Part shown: positions 28,094 to 36,491 of the stretch, piece by piece | Layout of the letters: each line of letters opens with the position of its first letter | Position numbering within the stretch: the stretch's first letter is position 1 | Assembly: GCA_963809895.1 (NCBI GenBank) | Contig: CAWELD010000003.1 | Location: forward strand, 2,112,001-2,176,000 | Origin: an uncultured Gemmatimonadales bacterium | Lineage (GTDB): Bacteria > Gemmatimonadota > Gemmatimonadetes > Longimicrobiales > Gaopeijiaceae | Direction: 5' to 3' | DNA length: 64,000 bases | The notes under the pieces: model-generated | Told to the model about the DNA's origin: nothing | The model's input: only the letters and a program-made list of their open reading frames with translations | The model's database searches: none | Made by a program: the position numbers and the translations under genes

Positions 28094-29587
28094 ATGGGCC
28101 CCAGCGACGTTCTCCGGGATCTGGAGCTCCTCCTCCGCTCGGGCCACGGGCTGGTGCAGCTCGAGGCGCGAGACGAGGCGCGCGCCGCCACCCTCCTGGA
28201 GCTGGTGGCGAACCGCCTGGAGATCCCCTTCCTCACCTGGACCCGCTCACGGGGATTGCTCCGGCGTGACATGCCCTCGCCGGTGTATGAGACCGAGCAC
28301 CTGGAACAGGCGCTCACCCATGTCGTGCACGCCGACATCGATGCGCTCTACCACTTCCAGGGCGTCAGCGGAGAGGCGCTTCGTGGCGAGCTGATCGCGG
28401 CCCTGGTGCGAGACGCGGCCCGGGCCATGGAAGGCCGAGTGGGCGCCATGGTGATGACCGGTGGAGCCCTGGCGCTGCCGGAGTCACTCGAGGGTCTGAG
28501 CACCACCGTGCGACTCCCGGGCCCTTCGACCGACGAGCTCCGGGCGCTGCTGGGCCAGGTCGTGCGCGACGTCTCGCAGCGCCAGGACGTGAAGGTCAGC
28601 CTGTCCCGCGAGGAGACCGCACAGCTCCTCCGCCAGCTCTCGGGACTCACCCTCACCGAGGCCGGCAAGGTGCTGACGCGCTCCATCGTCGAGGACGGGT
28701 CGCTGGACGCCGGCGACATCGCCAACGCCGTCGAAGCGAAGCGGCGCATCGTCGAGCGTGACGGGCTGCTGGAGTACTACCCGGTGGAAGCCTCGCTGGC
28801 CGACGTGGCGGACCTGACGGGCTTCAAGGGCTGGCTCGCCGCGCGCACGGAGGTGGTGCGCCATCCCGCACGAGCGCGCGAGGCCGGCCTGCCCTTTCCG
28901 CGGGGCGTGCTCCTGCTGGGCGTGCCCGGCTGTGGCAAGAGCCTGTCGGCCAAGGCCGTGGCGGCCGAGTGGCAGATCCCCCTGCTGCGCCTCGATCCCG
29001 CGGCTCTCTACAACAAGTACATCGGCGAGAGCGAGCGGAACTTCAAGCGCGCCATGCACACCGCCGAAGCCATGGCCCCGGTGATCCTGTGGATCGACGA
29101 GCTGGAGAAGGCGTTCGCGGCCGGCGGCACCGAAGACGGCGGCGTGTCGCAGCGCATCCTGGGCACCTTTCTCTCGTGGCTCCAGGAGCGGAAGGGCGAC
29201 GTCTTCGTGGTGGCCACCGCCAACGAGGTCCAACGGTTGCCCCCGGAGTTTCTCCGCAAGGGTCGCTTCGACGAGGTGTTCTTCGTGGACCTTCCGGACT
29301 CCGCCACCCGCAAGGAGATCTTCCGGATCCACCTGGCCGCCCGGGATCAGGACCCCTCGGCCTTTCCGCTGGCGGAGCTGGCCGCCGCCAGCGAGGGCTT
29401 CAGCGGCTCCGAGATCGAGCAGGTGGTGGTGTCGGCGCTGTACGATGCCTTCGCCGACCACGGCACGCTCTCCGGCTCGATGCTGGAGGCCGAGATCGCC
29501 CGCACGCGCCCCCTGTCCGTGACCATGGCGGAGCCCATCGACGCGCTCCGTCGGTGGGCCCAGGGGCGTACCGTCGGCGCCAACTGA
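28094..29587 (+). CDS. AAA family ATPase, Ycf46-like
   Basis: Degenerate N-terminal module; Walker A GVPGCGKS, Walker B LWIDELEK, SRH FLRKGRFDE; C-terminal LRRWAQGR. Confidence 0.88.
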   Translation: MGPSDVLRDLELLLRSGHGLVQLEARDEARAATLLELVANRLEIPFLTWTRSRGLLRRDMPSPVYETEHLEQALTHVVHADIDALYHFQGVSGEALRGELIAALVRDAARAMEGRVGAMVMTGGALALPESLEGLSTTVRLPGPSTDELRALLGQVVRDVSQRQDVKVSLSREETAQLLRQLSGLTLTEAGKVLTRSIVEDGSLDAGDIANAVEAKRRIVERDGLLEYYPVEASLADVADLTGFKGWLAARTEVVRHPARAREAGLPFPRGVLLLGVPGCGKSLSAKAVAAEWQIPLLRLDPAALYNKYIGESERNFKRAMHTAEAMAPVILWIDELEKAFAAGGTEDGGVSQRILGTFLSWLQERKGDVFVVATANEVQRLPPEFLRKGRFDEVFFVDLPDSATRKEIFRIHLAARDQDPSAFPLAELAAASEGFSGSEIEQVVVSALYDAFADHGTLSGSMLEAEIARTRPLSVTMAEPIDALRRWAQGRTVGAN

Positions 29588-29680
29588 GAGCATCGCTGCG
29601 ACGACACCCTTGCGTTGCGCGCGTTTTCGGTTTTTATTCGCCCCTACCCACAACGTTCTCGCACGAGGAGGAGGATGAGG

Positions 29681-30175
29681 ATGACGTCAGGAGCGGAGCT
29701 GCTCGCCGAGTTCGATCAGGAGATGGCCAACACGCGCAAGGCGCTGGAGCGGGTACCCGACGAAAAGCTGTCCTTCAAGCCCCACGAGAAGTCCTACAGC
29801 CTGCTGGAGCTGGCCTCCCACGTGGCCAACCTCCCGACCTGGACGTCGGTGACCCTGACCACCACCGAGCTTGACCTGGACGAGCCGTGGGACCGCCAAT
29901 CCCCCGAGAGTCGCGAGGAGATCCTGGCGGCTTTCGATACGGCGGTGAAGGAGGCGCGGCCGATCCTGGAAGCCGCCAGCGGTGAGGACATGCAGGTGAC
30001 GTGGACGCTGAAGAGCGGAGATCAGGTCTGGTTCAGCCTCCCTCGGGGCGCGGTGTTCCGGTCCTTCGTCATGAGCCACATGATCCACCATCGCGCGCAG
30101 CTCACCGTCTACCTGCGCCTGCTCGACGTGCCCGTGCCTGGCATGTACGGGCCCTCGGCGGACGAGGCGCAGTAA
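29681..30175 (+). CDS. DinB family protein
   Basis: KPHEKS, LASHVA and HMIHHRAQLTVYLR motifs; GAGGAG RBS. Confidence 0.9.
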   Translation: MTSGAELLAEFDQEMANTRKALERVPDEKLSFKPHEKSYSLLELASHVANLPTWTSVTLTTTELDLDEPWDRQSPESREEILAAFDTAVKEARPILEAASGEDMQVTWTLKSGDQVWFSLPRGAVFRSFVMSHMIHHRAQLTVYLRLLDVPVPGMYGPSADEAQ

Positions 30176-30205
30176 CGAGCCGACCTCTCCTGGCGGGCCG
30201 CCGGC

Positions 30206-30907
30206 TCACACCGGCGGTCCGTCCACGGGCTCGATGAGCTCCGGCCCCTCGTTCGCCGGACGGTTCACCGTGGTCGCCACCGGCCACGCCTCCAACAGGT
30301 CCTCCGGCGCCGGCCGCAGCAGATCGCCCAACTCCTCGAGACCGGCGTCGGGCCGCAGCCACGACCGGCACGCCTCGTCGTCGGGGAGGATTACGGGCAT
30401 GCGGTCGTGGAGCCTGGACATCCAGCGGCTCGGACGGGTCGTGAGAAGCGTGAAGGTCACCACGGGATCCCCGCCCTGGCGGGGCCGCCAGCGCTCCCAC
30501 AGACCGGCGAAGGCGAAGGGTCGGCGATCGGGCTGGTGGATCCAGTACGGGATCTTCCGCGACCCCGAGGCGTCGTCCAGGCGGCGCCACTCGTAGAACC
30601 CGTCGGCGGGCACCAGACAGCGCCGCTCGGCGAAGGCGTCGCGAAAGGCGGGCTTCGAGGCCGCGGTCTCGCTGCGCGCGTTGATGAGGCGATTGCCGAT
30701 GGAGAGGTCGTCGGCCCACGCGGGCACCAGCCCCCAGCGCATGAGCCCCAGTCGCCGCTCGTTCTCGTTGCCCAGGATCACCACCGGAGCGTCCTGGGTG
30801 GGCGCCAGATTGTACCGGGGCTCCCAGCGGTCGAAGGCCACGTGCGCCGGATCGAAGACCTCGATGAGCTCATCGGTGTCCGCGGCCAGGGTGTAGCGTC
30901 CGCACAT
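30206..30907 (-). CDS. SOS response-associated peptidase (SRAP/YedK/HMCES)
   Basis: N-terminal MCGRY, RYNLAPTQ, INARSET, GFYEW and HDRMPVIL motifs. Confidence 0.95.
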   Translation of the reverse strand: MCGRYTLAADTDELIEVFDPAHVAFDRWEPRYNLAPTQDAPVVILGNENERRLGLMRWGLVPAWADDLSIGNRLINARSETAASKPAFRDAFAERRCLVPADGFYEWRRLDDASGSRKIPYWIHQPDRRPFAFAGLWERWRPRQGGDPVVTFTLLTTRPSRWMSRLHDRMPVILPDDEACRSWLRPDAGLEELGDLLRPAPEDLLEAWPVATTVNRPANEGPELIEPVDGPPV

Positions 30908-30909
30908 CC

Positions 30910-32067
30910 TCACCGGCTCCCGTCGCCGCGGGGCTCGCTCACGCGCTGCCGCAGTACCACCAGCCAGTCACCGTCCTCTTCGTGGCGACGGTACCCCAGC
31001 AGATGGAGGATCTGGAGCGCGTACCACCGGGCCACCCGCCGGTTCACCACCAGAGCACCGGGCCGGGAGGGGTGCCGACGGATCCCCGGAAGCCAGTGCA
31101 CGACGCGGGCGAGGCCCAGGCGCCGCATGGCCTGCGACACGTTCAGCCAGAACGGGCGGAACTCCCGGACCACGAAGAAGCCGTCGTCTCCCTGCACCTG
31201 GTACAGGGGCATGAGGATGCGACCCGACTCCGGTGCCCTGATGGGGCCGTCCTGGTCGTGGGCCAGGACCTCGCCCCGCTGAACGCGCTGGAAGTTGTGG
31301 TAGTCGGGCTGCATGCGGAATCCATCGCCGGGGCTCAGGGGATGCCGATAGCGCATCTCCAAGACCCTCGGCCCTTCCCTGCCCTCCCGCGCCAGCAGCT
31401 TGCGCGCGGGGGGCAGTTCCGGCACCGCGGCCTCCGGCAGGATGCCGGTGGCAGTGAGCATGATCCAGATCGCCGCTTCGGCTCGATCCACCGCCAGCGG
31501 CTCTTCGTGCTGACCCGCCTCGAACGCCAGCGAGATGCAGCCACGGCGACCGACGAAATCGTGGAGGGTACCCTCCACCAGCTCCTCGAGACCCAGCACG
31601 AGAGGCACCGGCAGCGTGAGCGCCAGGCTGCGATTCTCCAGGGTGTCCGCAGCGGTGGAGAAGGCGCCGCCCCCGCCGGACGTGGTGTGGAGGTCCAGGA
31701 GGTAGATGGGACCCTTGGCGCTCTCGAGCAGGGTGGTGATCCGGGTCAGGAGCTCCCGCTGCTCCCGGTCCTCGGGCACCTCGCCTCCAGGCACGCCGTC
31801 CCGGAGGCCCGCGACGATGTCCTCGGTCCAGGCGCGGTTCAGGTCGCGCCCCAGGTAGCGTCGGCCCACGGCCAGCGCCTGGCGGTTGCCGGTCAGGAGC
31901 ACCACGCGCCCTCGAAGCCGGTCGCGTCGTGCCCGCAGCGACGCGGCCACGCGGACCGCGGCTTCCACGCCCGCGGGCTCGTTTCCGTGAAGCCCCCCCA
32001 CCACCAGGAGCGTCGGTCCACCCCCCTCGCCCAGATCCGCCAGCGCGCGTTGCTCGGTTTCCAGCAC
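30910..32067 (-). CDS. Succinylglutamate desuccinylase/aspartoacylase (AstE/AspA) family hydrolase
   Basis: GGLHGNEPAG, DLNR, LDLHTTS and FEAGQH motifs. Confidence 0.9.
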   Translation of the reverse strand: MLETEQRALADLGEGGGPTLLVVGGLHGNEPAGVEAAVRVAASLRARRDRLRGRVVLLTGNRQALAVGRRYLGRDLNRAWTEDIVAGLRDGVPGGEVPEDREQRELLTRITTLLESAKGPIYLLDLHTTSGGGGAFSTAADTLENRSLALTLPVPLVLGLEELVEGTLHDFVGRRGCISLAFEAGQHEEPLAVDRAEAAIWIMLTATGILPEAAVPELPPARKLLAREGREGPRVLEMRYRHPLSPGDGFRMQPDYHNFQRVQRGEVLAHDQDGPIRAPESGRILMPLYQVQGDDGFFVVREFRPFWLNVSQAMRRLGLARVVHWLPGIRRHPSRPGALVVNRRVARWYALQILHLLGYRRHEEDGDWLVVLRQRVSEPRGDGSR

Positions 32068-32075
32068 CGCGACCC

Positions 32076-33989
32076 CTATTCCTCTTCCCTCAAACGCTCC
32101 TCCAGGAGCTCGTAGGCGATGGGCATGAAGTCACGTTCACTGACGATTCCCACCAGCCGTCCCTCCTTCACCACCGGCAGGCAGGACACCTTCTCCTCGC
32201 GCATGAGACGGATGGCGTCCAGGGTCGGGGTGTGGGGCTGCACGGTCACCGGATCACGCTCCATGATGGTCTTCACCGGCCGGTCCAGATAGGTGCCGGT
32301 GCCGGCCTGGGCGATGAGGCGCAGCACCGACCGGTACGAGACGATGCCCACCAGGCGGTGATCGTCGTCCTCGACCAGCACGTGCCGGATCTGCTTGCGG
32401 TCCATGAGGAAGGCCACCAGCTCCACGAGCTCGTCCTCGTGGACCGTGAAGAGGTAGGTGGTCATGTACTGCTCCACCCGCAGATAGTTCTGCTTCCATC
32501 CCCCCGCCTCGCGCAGGATCGCCGGGGGCCACTCGTGCACCGGCCGACCCTCCACCTGCAGGCGGACCGTGCTCGCGGTGACCGCCGCCAGGCGCTCGGC
32601 CAGCGTGCCCTGATCCTTCATGCGGTGGAGCGATTGCAGGATCCAGCGGGAACCGGTCTGTCCGGACTCCACCCGGGCCTGGATCACGCCCAGGTAGCGG
32701 TCGATGTCCTCGTCGACGATGCCGTAGCCCTCCAGCCCCCGGCGGGCCAGCGGCAGGAGCGTATCCAGGATGAGACGCGGGGCCGAGACCGTCTCCCCGC
32801 CCACCCAGTTCAGCGCGGCCTTGAGCCCGAGCTTCGCCGCGGCGATGAAATTGCCCTTGGCGTCGTCGAACTCCATGACCTCGCGAATGTCGCCGTATTC
32901 GTTCGCGGCGCCCACCACCGAGCCGATCCAGAAGGCGGCGTTGGCCACCTCGTCCAGCACCGTGGGCCCGGAGCCCAACGCCCGGCACTCGATGCGCAGG
33001 TGGGGATGCCCTTCGCTGATGCCGTAGCAGGGCCGGTTCCACCGGTAGACGGTGCTGTTGTGGAGCTGCAGCGCCTGCAGGCGAGGCACCTCTCCCCGGG
33101 CCAGGAGCTCCAGCGGATCCTCGTCCACGTGGCTCGCCAGCAGCACCCTGAAGCGCGCGATGTCCTCCTGGAAGAGCTCGACGACGGACTGGTCCACCCA
33201 CTGGTCCCCGAAACGGACCCTGGGCGACAGCTCTCGCATGTGGAGGGTGGCGCTGCGGGTGTCCAGGGACTGCTGGAAGAGGGCGATGCGCGTCTCCGCC
33301 CACAGGCGCTTCCCGAAGAGGAGCGGCGAGTTGACGGCTGCGGCCAGCACCGGCGCCGTGACCGCCTGGGCCACGTTGTACAGCCCCGCGAATTCCTCCG
33401 CCGACACCTGCAGGTGGACCTGGCAACTGGTGTTGCACGCCTCCAGCATGACCGAATCGTGCTCCACGTGCAGCTCGTCGGTGCCCTCGATGCGGAGCCG
33501 GTACGCCGTGCCGCCCCTCATCCGGGTCAACGCCTCGTTGAGCGCGTAATACCGGGGCCGAGGCGTGATGTTGTCCAGCGTGAGGTCGGACTTGGACAGG
33601 GTCGGGAGGATGCCGGTGAGCACGACCTGTGAGCCCTCGGCCGCCGCGGCTTCCCGGGCGCGGGCCACCAGCTCGTTCATGTGCTGCTCGAGCCGCCGGA
33701 AGGCGTCGCCCTCGAGCATCATGGGCGGGAGGTTGACCTCGAGGTTGAAGCGGGCGAGCTCGGTGGTGAACGGGTCACCGAGGCGCTCGAGCACCTCCAC
33801 CGCCGAGCGCGCGGGTCGCCAGCCCCGGTTGACCAGGAACATCTCCTGCTCGGCGCCGAAACGGCGCACGCCCGCCTCGATGCGGCCCTGCTCCAGCATC
33901 TGCTCCAGCGCCTGCAGGTCGCGCAGCAGCGCCCGGGTGAAGGCGCGTACGGCCTCCGGGTTGCGTTCGGGAACGAGGTCAACACCCAT
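32076..33989 (-). CDS. Glutamate--cysteine ligase (GCS2) family protein with C-terminal CBS pair
   Basis: FGAEQEMFL, TELARFNLE, EACNTSCQVHLQ, NSTVYRWNRPCY and HLRIECR motifs; two CBS domains. Confidence 0.9.
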   Translation of the reverse strand: MGVDLVPERNPEAVRAFTRALLRDLQALEQMLEQGRIEAGVRRFGAEQEMFLVNRGWRPARSAVEVLERLGDPFTTELARFNLEVNLPPMMLEGDAFRRLEQHMNELVARAREAAAAEGSQVVLTGILPTLSKSDLTLDNITPRPRYYALNEALTRMRGGTAYRLRIEGTDELHVEHDSVMLEACNTSCQVHLQVSAEEFAGLYNVAQAVTAPVLAAAVNSPLLFGKRLWAETRIALFQQSLDTRSATLHMRELSPRVRFGDQWVDQSVVELFQEDIARFRVLLASHVDEDPLELLARGEVPRLQALQLHNSTVYRWNRPCYGISEGHPHLRIECRALGSGPTVLDEVANAAFWIGSVVGAANEYGDIREVMEFDDAKGNFIAAAKLGLKAALNWVGGETVSAPRLILDTLLPLARRGLEGYGIVDEDIDRYLGVIQARVESGQTGSRWILQSLHRMKDQGTLAERLAAVTASTVRLQVEGRPVHEWPPAILREAGGWKQNYLRVEQYMTTYLFTVHEDELVELVAFLMDRKQIRHVLVEDDDHRLVGIVSYRSVLRLIAQAGTGTYLDRPVKTIMERDPVTVQPHTPTLDAIRLMREEKVSCLPVVKEGRLVGIVSERDFMPIAYELLEERLREEE

Positions 33990-34002
33990 GCTCGGCGACC
34001 TG

Positions 34003-34674
34003 CTAGAGAAACGTGGCGATCTCGGCGAGAGACTTCTTCGTGATATCGGGCACGGTGGCGTCGTCCGCCGGATGCCCCACGACCAGGAGCAGGAAGGGCC
34101 GCTCGTGGTCCGGACGCTTCAGAATGCGGTTCAGGAAGCCCATGGGGGAGGGCGTGTGGGTGAGGGTGGCGAGGCCGGCCTCGTGGAGCGCGGTGACCAA
34201 CAGCCCGGTGGCGATCCCCACCGACTCGGTCACGTAGTAGTTCTTGCGCCGCTCCCCACCGGGCAGGACCTCGTAGCTCTGCGCGAAGACGGCGATGAGC
34301 CATGGAGCCACGTCCAGGAAGGGCTTGTGCTCGTCGGTACCCAGGGGAGCCAGCGCCTCGAGCCAGTCGTCCGGCGCCCGCTCGCGGTAGAACGCGCGCT
34401 CCTCTTCTTCGGCGGCCTCGCGAATCCGCCGCTTGATCGCCGGATCGGCCACCGCCACGAAGTGCCAGGGCTGCCGGTTGGCACCGTTGGGTGCGGTGCC
34501 CGCCGCCTCCAGACAGGCCTCGATGACCTCGCGGGGCACCGGCCGGTCCGAGAAGTCCCGCACGGTGCGGCGACGACGGATCCCGGCCAGGAACGTCCGG
34601 GCCCGCGCCACCATCTCGTCATCGGACACGCGCGAGTAGCCCGACAGGGGGATGAAGCGGGGAGCCGAGGACAT
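34003..34674 (-). CDS. Nitroreductase family protein, iodotyrosine deiodinase-like
   Basis: [29 protein letters not shown] and TLTHTP motifs. Confidence 0.88.
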   Translation of the reverse strand: MSSAPRFIPLSGYSRVSDDEMVARARTFLAGIRRRRTVRDFSDRPVPREVIEACLEAAGTAPNGANRQPWHFVAVADPAIKRRIREAAEEEERAFYRERAPDDWLEALAPLGTDEHKPFLDVAPWLIAVFAQSYEVLPGGERRKNYYVTESVGIATGLLVTALHEAGLATLTHTPSPMGFLNRILKRPDHERPFLLLVVGHPADDATVPDITKKSLAEIATFL

Positions 34675-34778
34675 GGGATGGGGCCAGAGGAGACGGAAGC
34701 CGGGCTGTGGTCAGCGAATGGGCAGAATCGATGCCCCGGACTCGTCCGTCAAGGAACCTGCCGCGACGAGGGCGCCGC

Positions 34779-35318
34779 TCAGCCTCCTCGTACCAGCAGT
34801 CGATAGGCGTCCGGCGCGGAGCCCGCGCGGACCATGGCCGCCAACACTTCCTCGGGCGAGCGTCGCAGCGCTTCCATCAGGAAGCGCAGGTTCACCAAGG
34901 CCACGATCTCCGGGTCATCGAGCCGGATGCCCGGCCAGGCCGAGCTGGGCTGCTGGCGGTACTCGTCGTAGGCGTGGGCGAGGGGTCCCAGATCGGCGGC
35001 GCCGTCGAGCTCCACGTGGAGCATCCCGGCGTGCACGCCGTAGCGCGAGCCCAGATCCGCCCAGCTCTTGCCCGATCGCCGCAGAGCCGCCACCGCATCG
35101 GCGGAGACACCGCCGCGGCGGGCCACGAAGAGCACCACCGGCACCTCTTCCGGCGGCAGGTTCCAGTCGGACAGGATCTGCACCTCGCCCGCGGTCACCC
35201 CGAAATGCTCGCCCGCCGCCCGGTAGTAGGCGTCCAATCCTCCGGCCTGGGCCGAGGCCCGGAATGGCAGCAGGGCCAGAAATCCCAGGACCAGGACAGG
35301 CAATGGGTGGCGATGCAT
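34779..35318 (-). CDS. Secreted hypothetical protein
   Basis: GGAGG RBS; signal peptide ending ASA-Q; no recognised family. Confidence 0.7.
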   Translation of the reverse strand: MHRHPLPVLVLGFLALLPFRASAQAGGLDAYYRAAGEHFGVTAGEVQILSDWNLPPEEVPVVLFVARRGGVSADAVAALRRSGKSWADLGSRYGVHAGMLHVELDGAADLGPLAHAYDEYRQQPSSAWPGIRLDDPEIVALVNLRFLMEALRRSPEEVLAAMVRAGSAPDAYRLLVRGG

Positions 35319-35411
35319 GGGGATCCTCCGTCCGAAGAGACGTCCGTACTCTCGGGAATCCGTTCCTACACCAACCGTGCCAAAGGGTCCCCTCGGGCCG
35401 CGATTCGCAGC

Positions 35412-36479
35412 CTACCCCGAAGCGGGGCCCCGGGCCAGGATGCGGCTCACCCTCTCCTCGGCCGCATCCAGGGGTGAGACGTCCCGCTCCCGAGCCTCCC
35501 GGAAGATCTCCGTGAGCACGTCGCCGATCCCTTCGAGGCGTCTGCGCAGCCCGGGACCGTCGGGCTCGCCCAGCGACATGCGGCCCAACGCGAGCGCTCC
35601 CCCGCCGTTGATGACGTAATCGGGCGCGTACAGGATGCCCCGCGCGCGCAGTGCCTCGGCGTCGGCGGGCCCACCGAGCTGATTGTTCGCCGAGCCCGCG
35701 ACGATCCTGCAGCGGAGCGAAGGGATGGATCCTGCGTCGAGCACGCCCCCGACGGCACAGGGCGCCAGCACCTCGCAGGGCGTGCGCAAGGCCTCCGACG
35801 GCGATACGACGGTGCCGGCGAGCTCTGCCGCCACCGCCGCCGCCCGCGCCTCGTCCACATCGGCCACCAGAACCTCGGCGCCCTCGCGGGCCAGCAGCTC
35901 AGCCAGGCGTCGTCCCACGTCACCCACACCCTGGACGAGGATGCGGCGCCCCCGAACCACGGGATCCCGGAAGGCGTGGCCCAGCGCGGCCTTGATCCCG
36001 GCGAGCACGCCGAGCGCGGTATACGGCCCCGGATCGGGGGGAGCCGCGCCGGGACCCACCACCTGCCGGCTCACCGAAGCCAGAAAGGCCATGTCTTCGG
36101 GCGTGGTTCCCAGGTCCTCACCGGTTCCGAACGCACCCTGGAGCGTGTCCAGCAGCGCGCCGTAGCGGGCCAGCAACTGTCGACGCTCCTCCTGGCCCGC
36201 CAACGGGCGACTCAGCGCGATCACGGCCTTGCCGCCGCCGAACGGTAGGTCCAGCACGGCCCACTTGCGGGTCATGCCCTCGGCGAGCCGCATGGCGTCC
36301 AGCAGCCCGTCCTCCGGCCGCCCGTAAACCTTCATGCGCGTCCCGCCCACCGGCTGGCCCAGGGTGTCGTCGTGGAGCGCGACGAAGATCCAGGCCCCGG
36401 TGGGGGGATCGTGACGGATCACGACCCCCCGCCCCCGCCAACCCTGGAGGACCCCGGCGAACCCGGTGGTGGGCGTCAC
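35412..36479 (-). CDS. Glu/Leu/Phe/Val dehydrogenase
   Basis: GGTRM, AEGMTRK, GGGKAV, GEDLGT, QGVGDVG, GSANNQL and APDYVINGGG motifs. Confidence 0.93.
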   Translation of the reverse strand: MTPTTGFAGVLQGWRGRGVVIRHDPPTGAWIFVALHDDTLGQPVGGTRMKVYGRPEDGLLDAMRLAEGMTRKWAVLDLPFGGGKAVIALSRPLAGQEERRQLLARYGALLDTLQGAFGTGEDLGTTPEDMAFLASVSRQVVGPGAAPPDPGPYTALGVLAGIKAALGHAFRDPVVRGRRILVQGVGDVGRRLAELLAREGAEVLVADVDEARAAAVAAELAGTVVSPSEALRTPCEVLAPCAVGGVLDAGSIPSLRCRIVAGSANNQLGGPADAEALRARGILYAPDYVINGGGALALGRMSLGEPDGPGLRRRLEGIGDVLTEIFREARERDVSPLDAAEERVSRILARGPASG

Positions 36480-36491
36480 GCTTGGGCTCCG

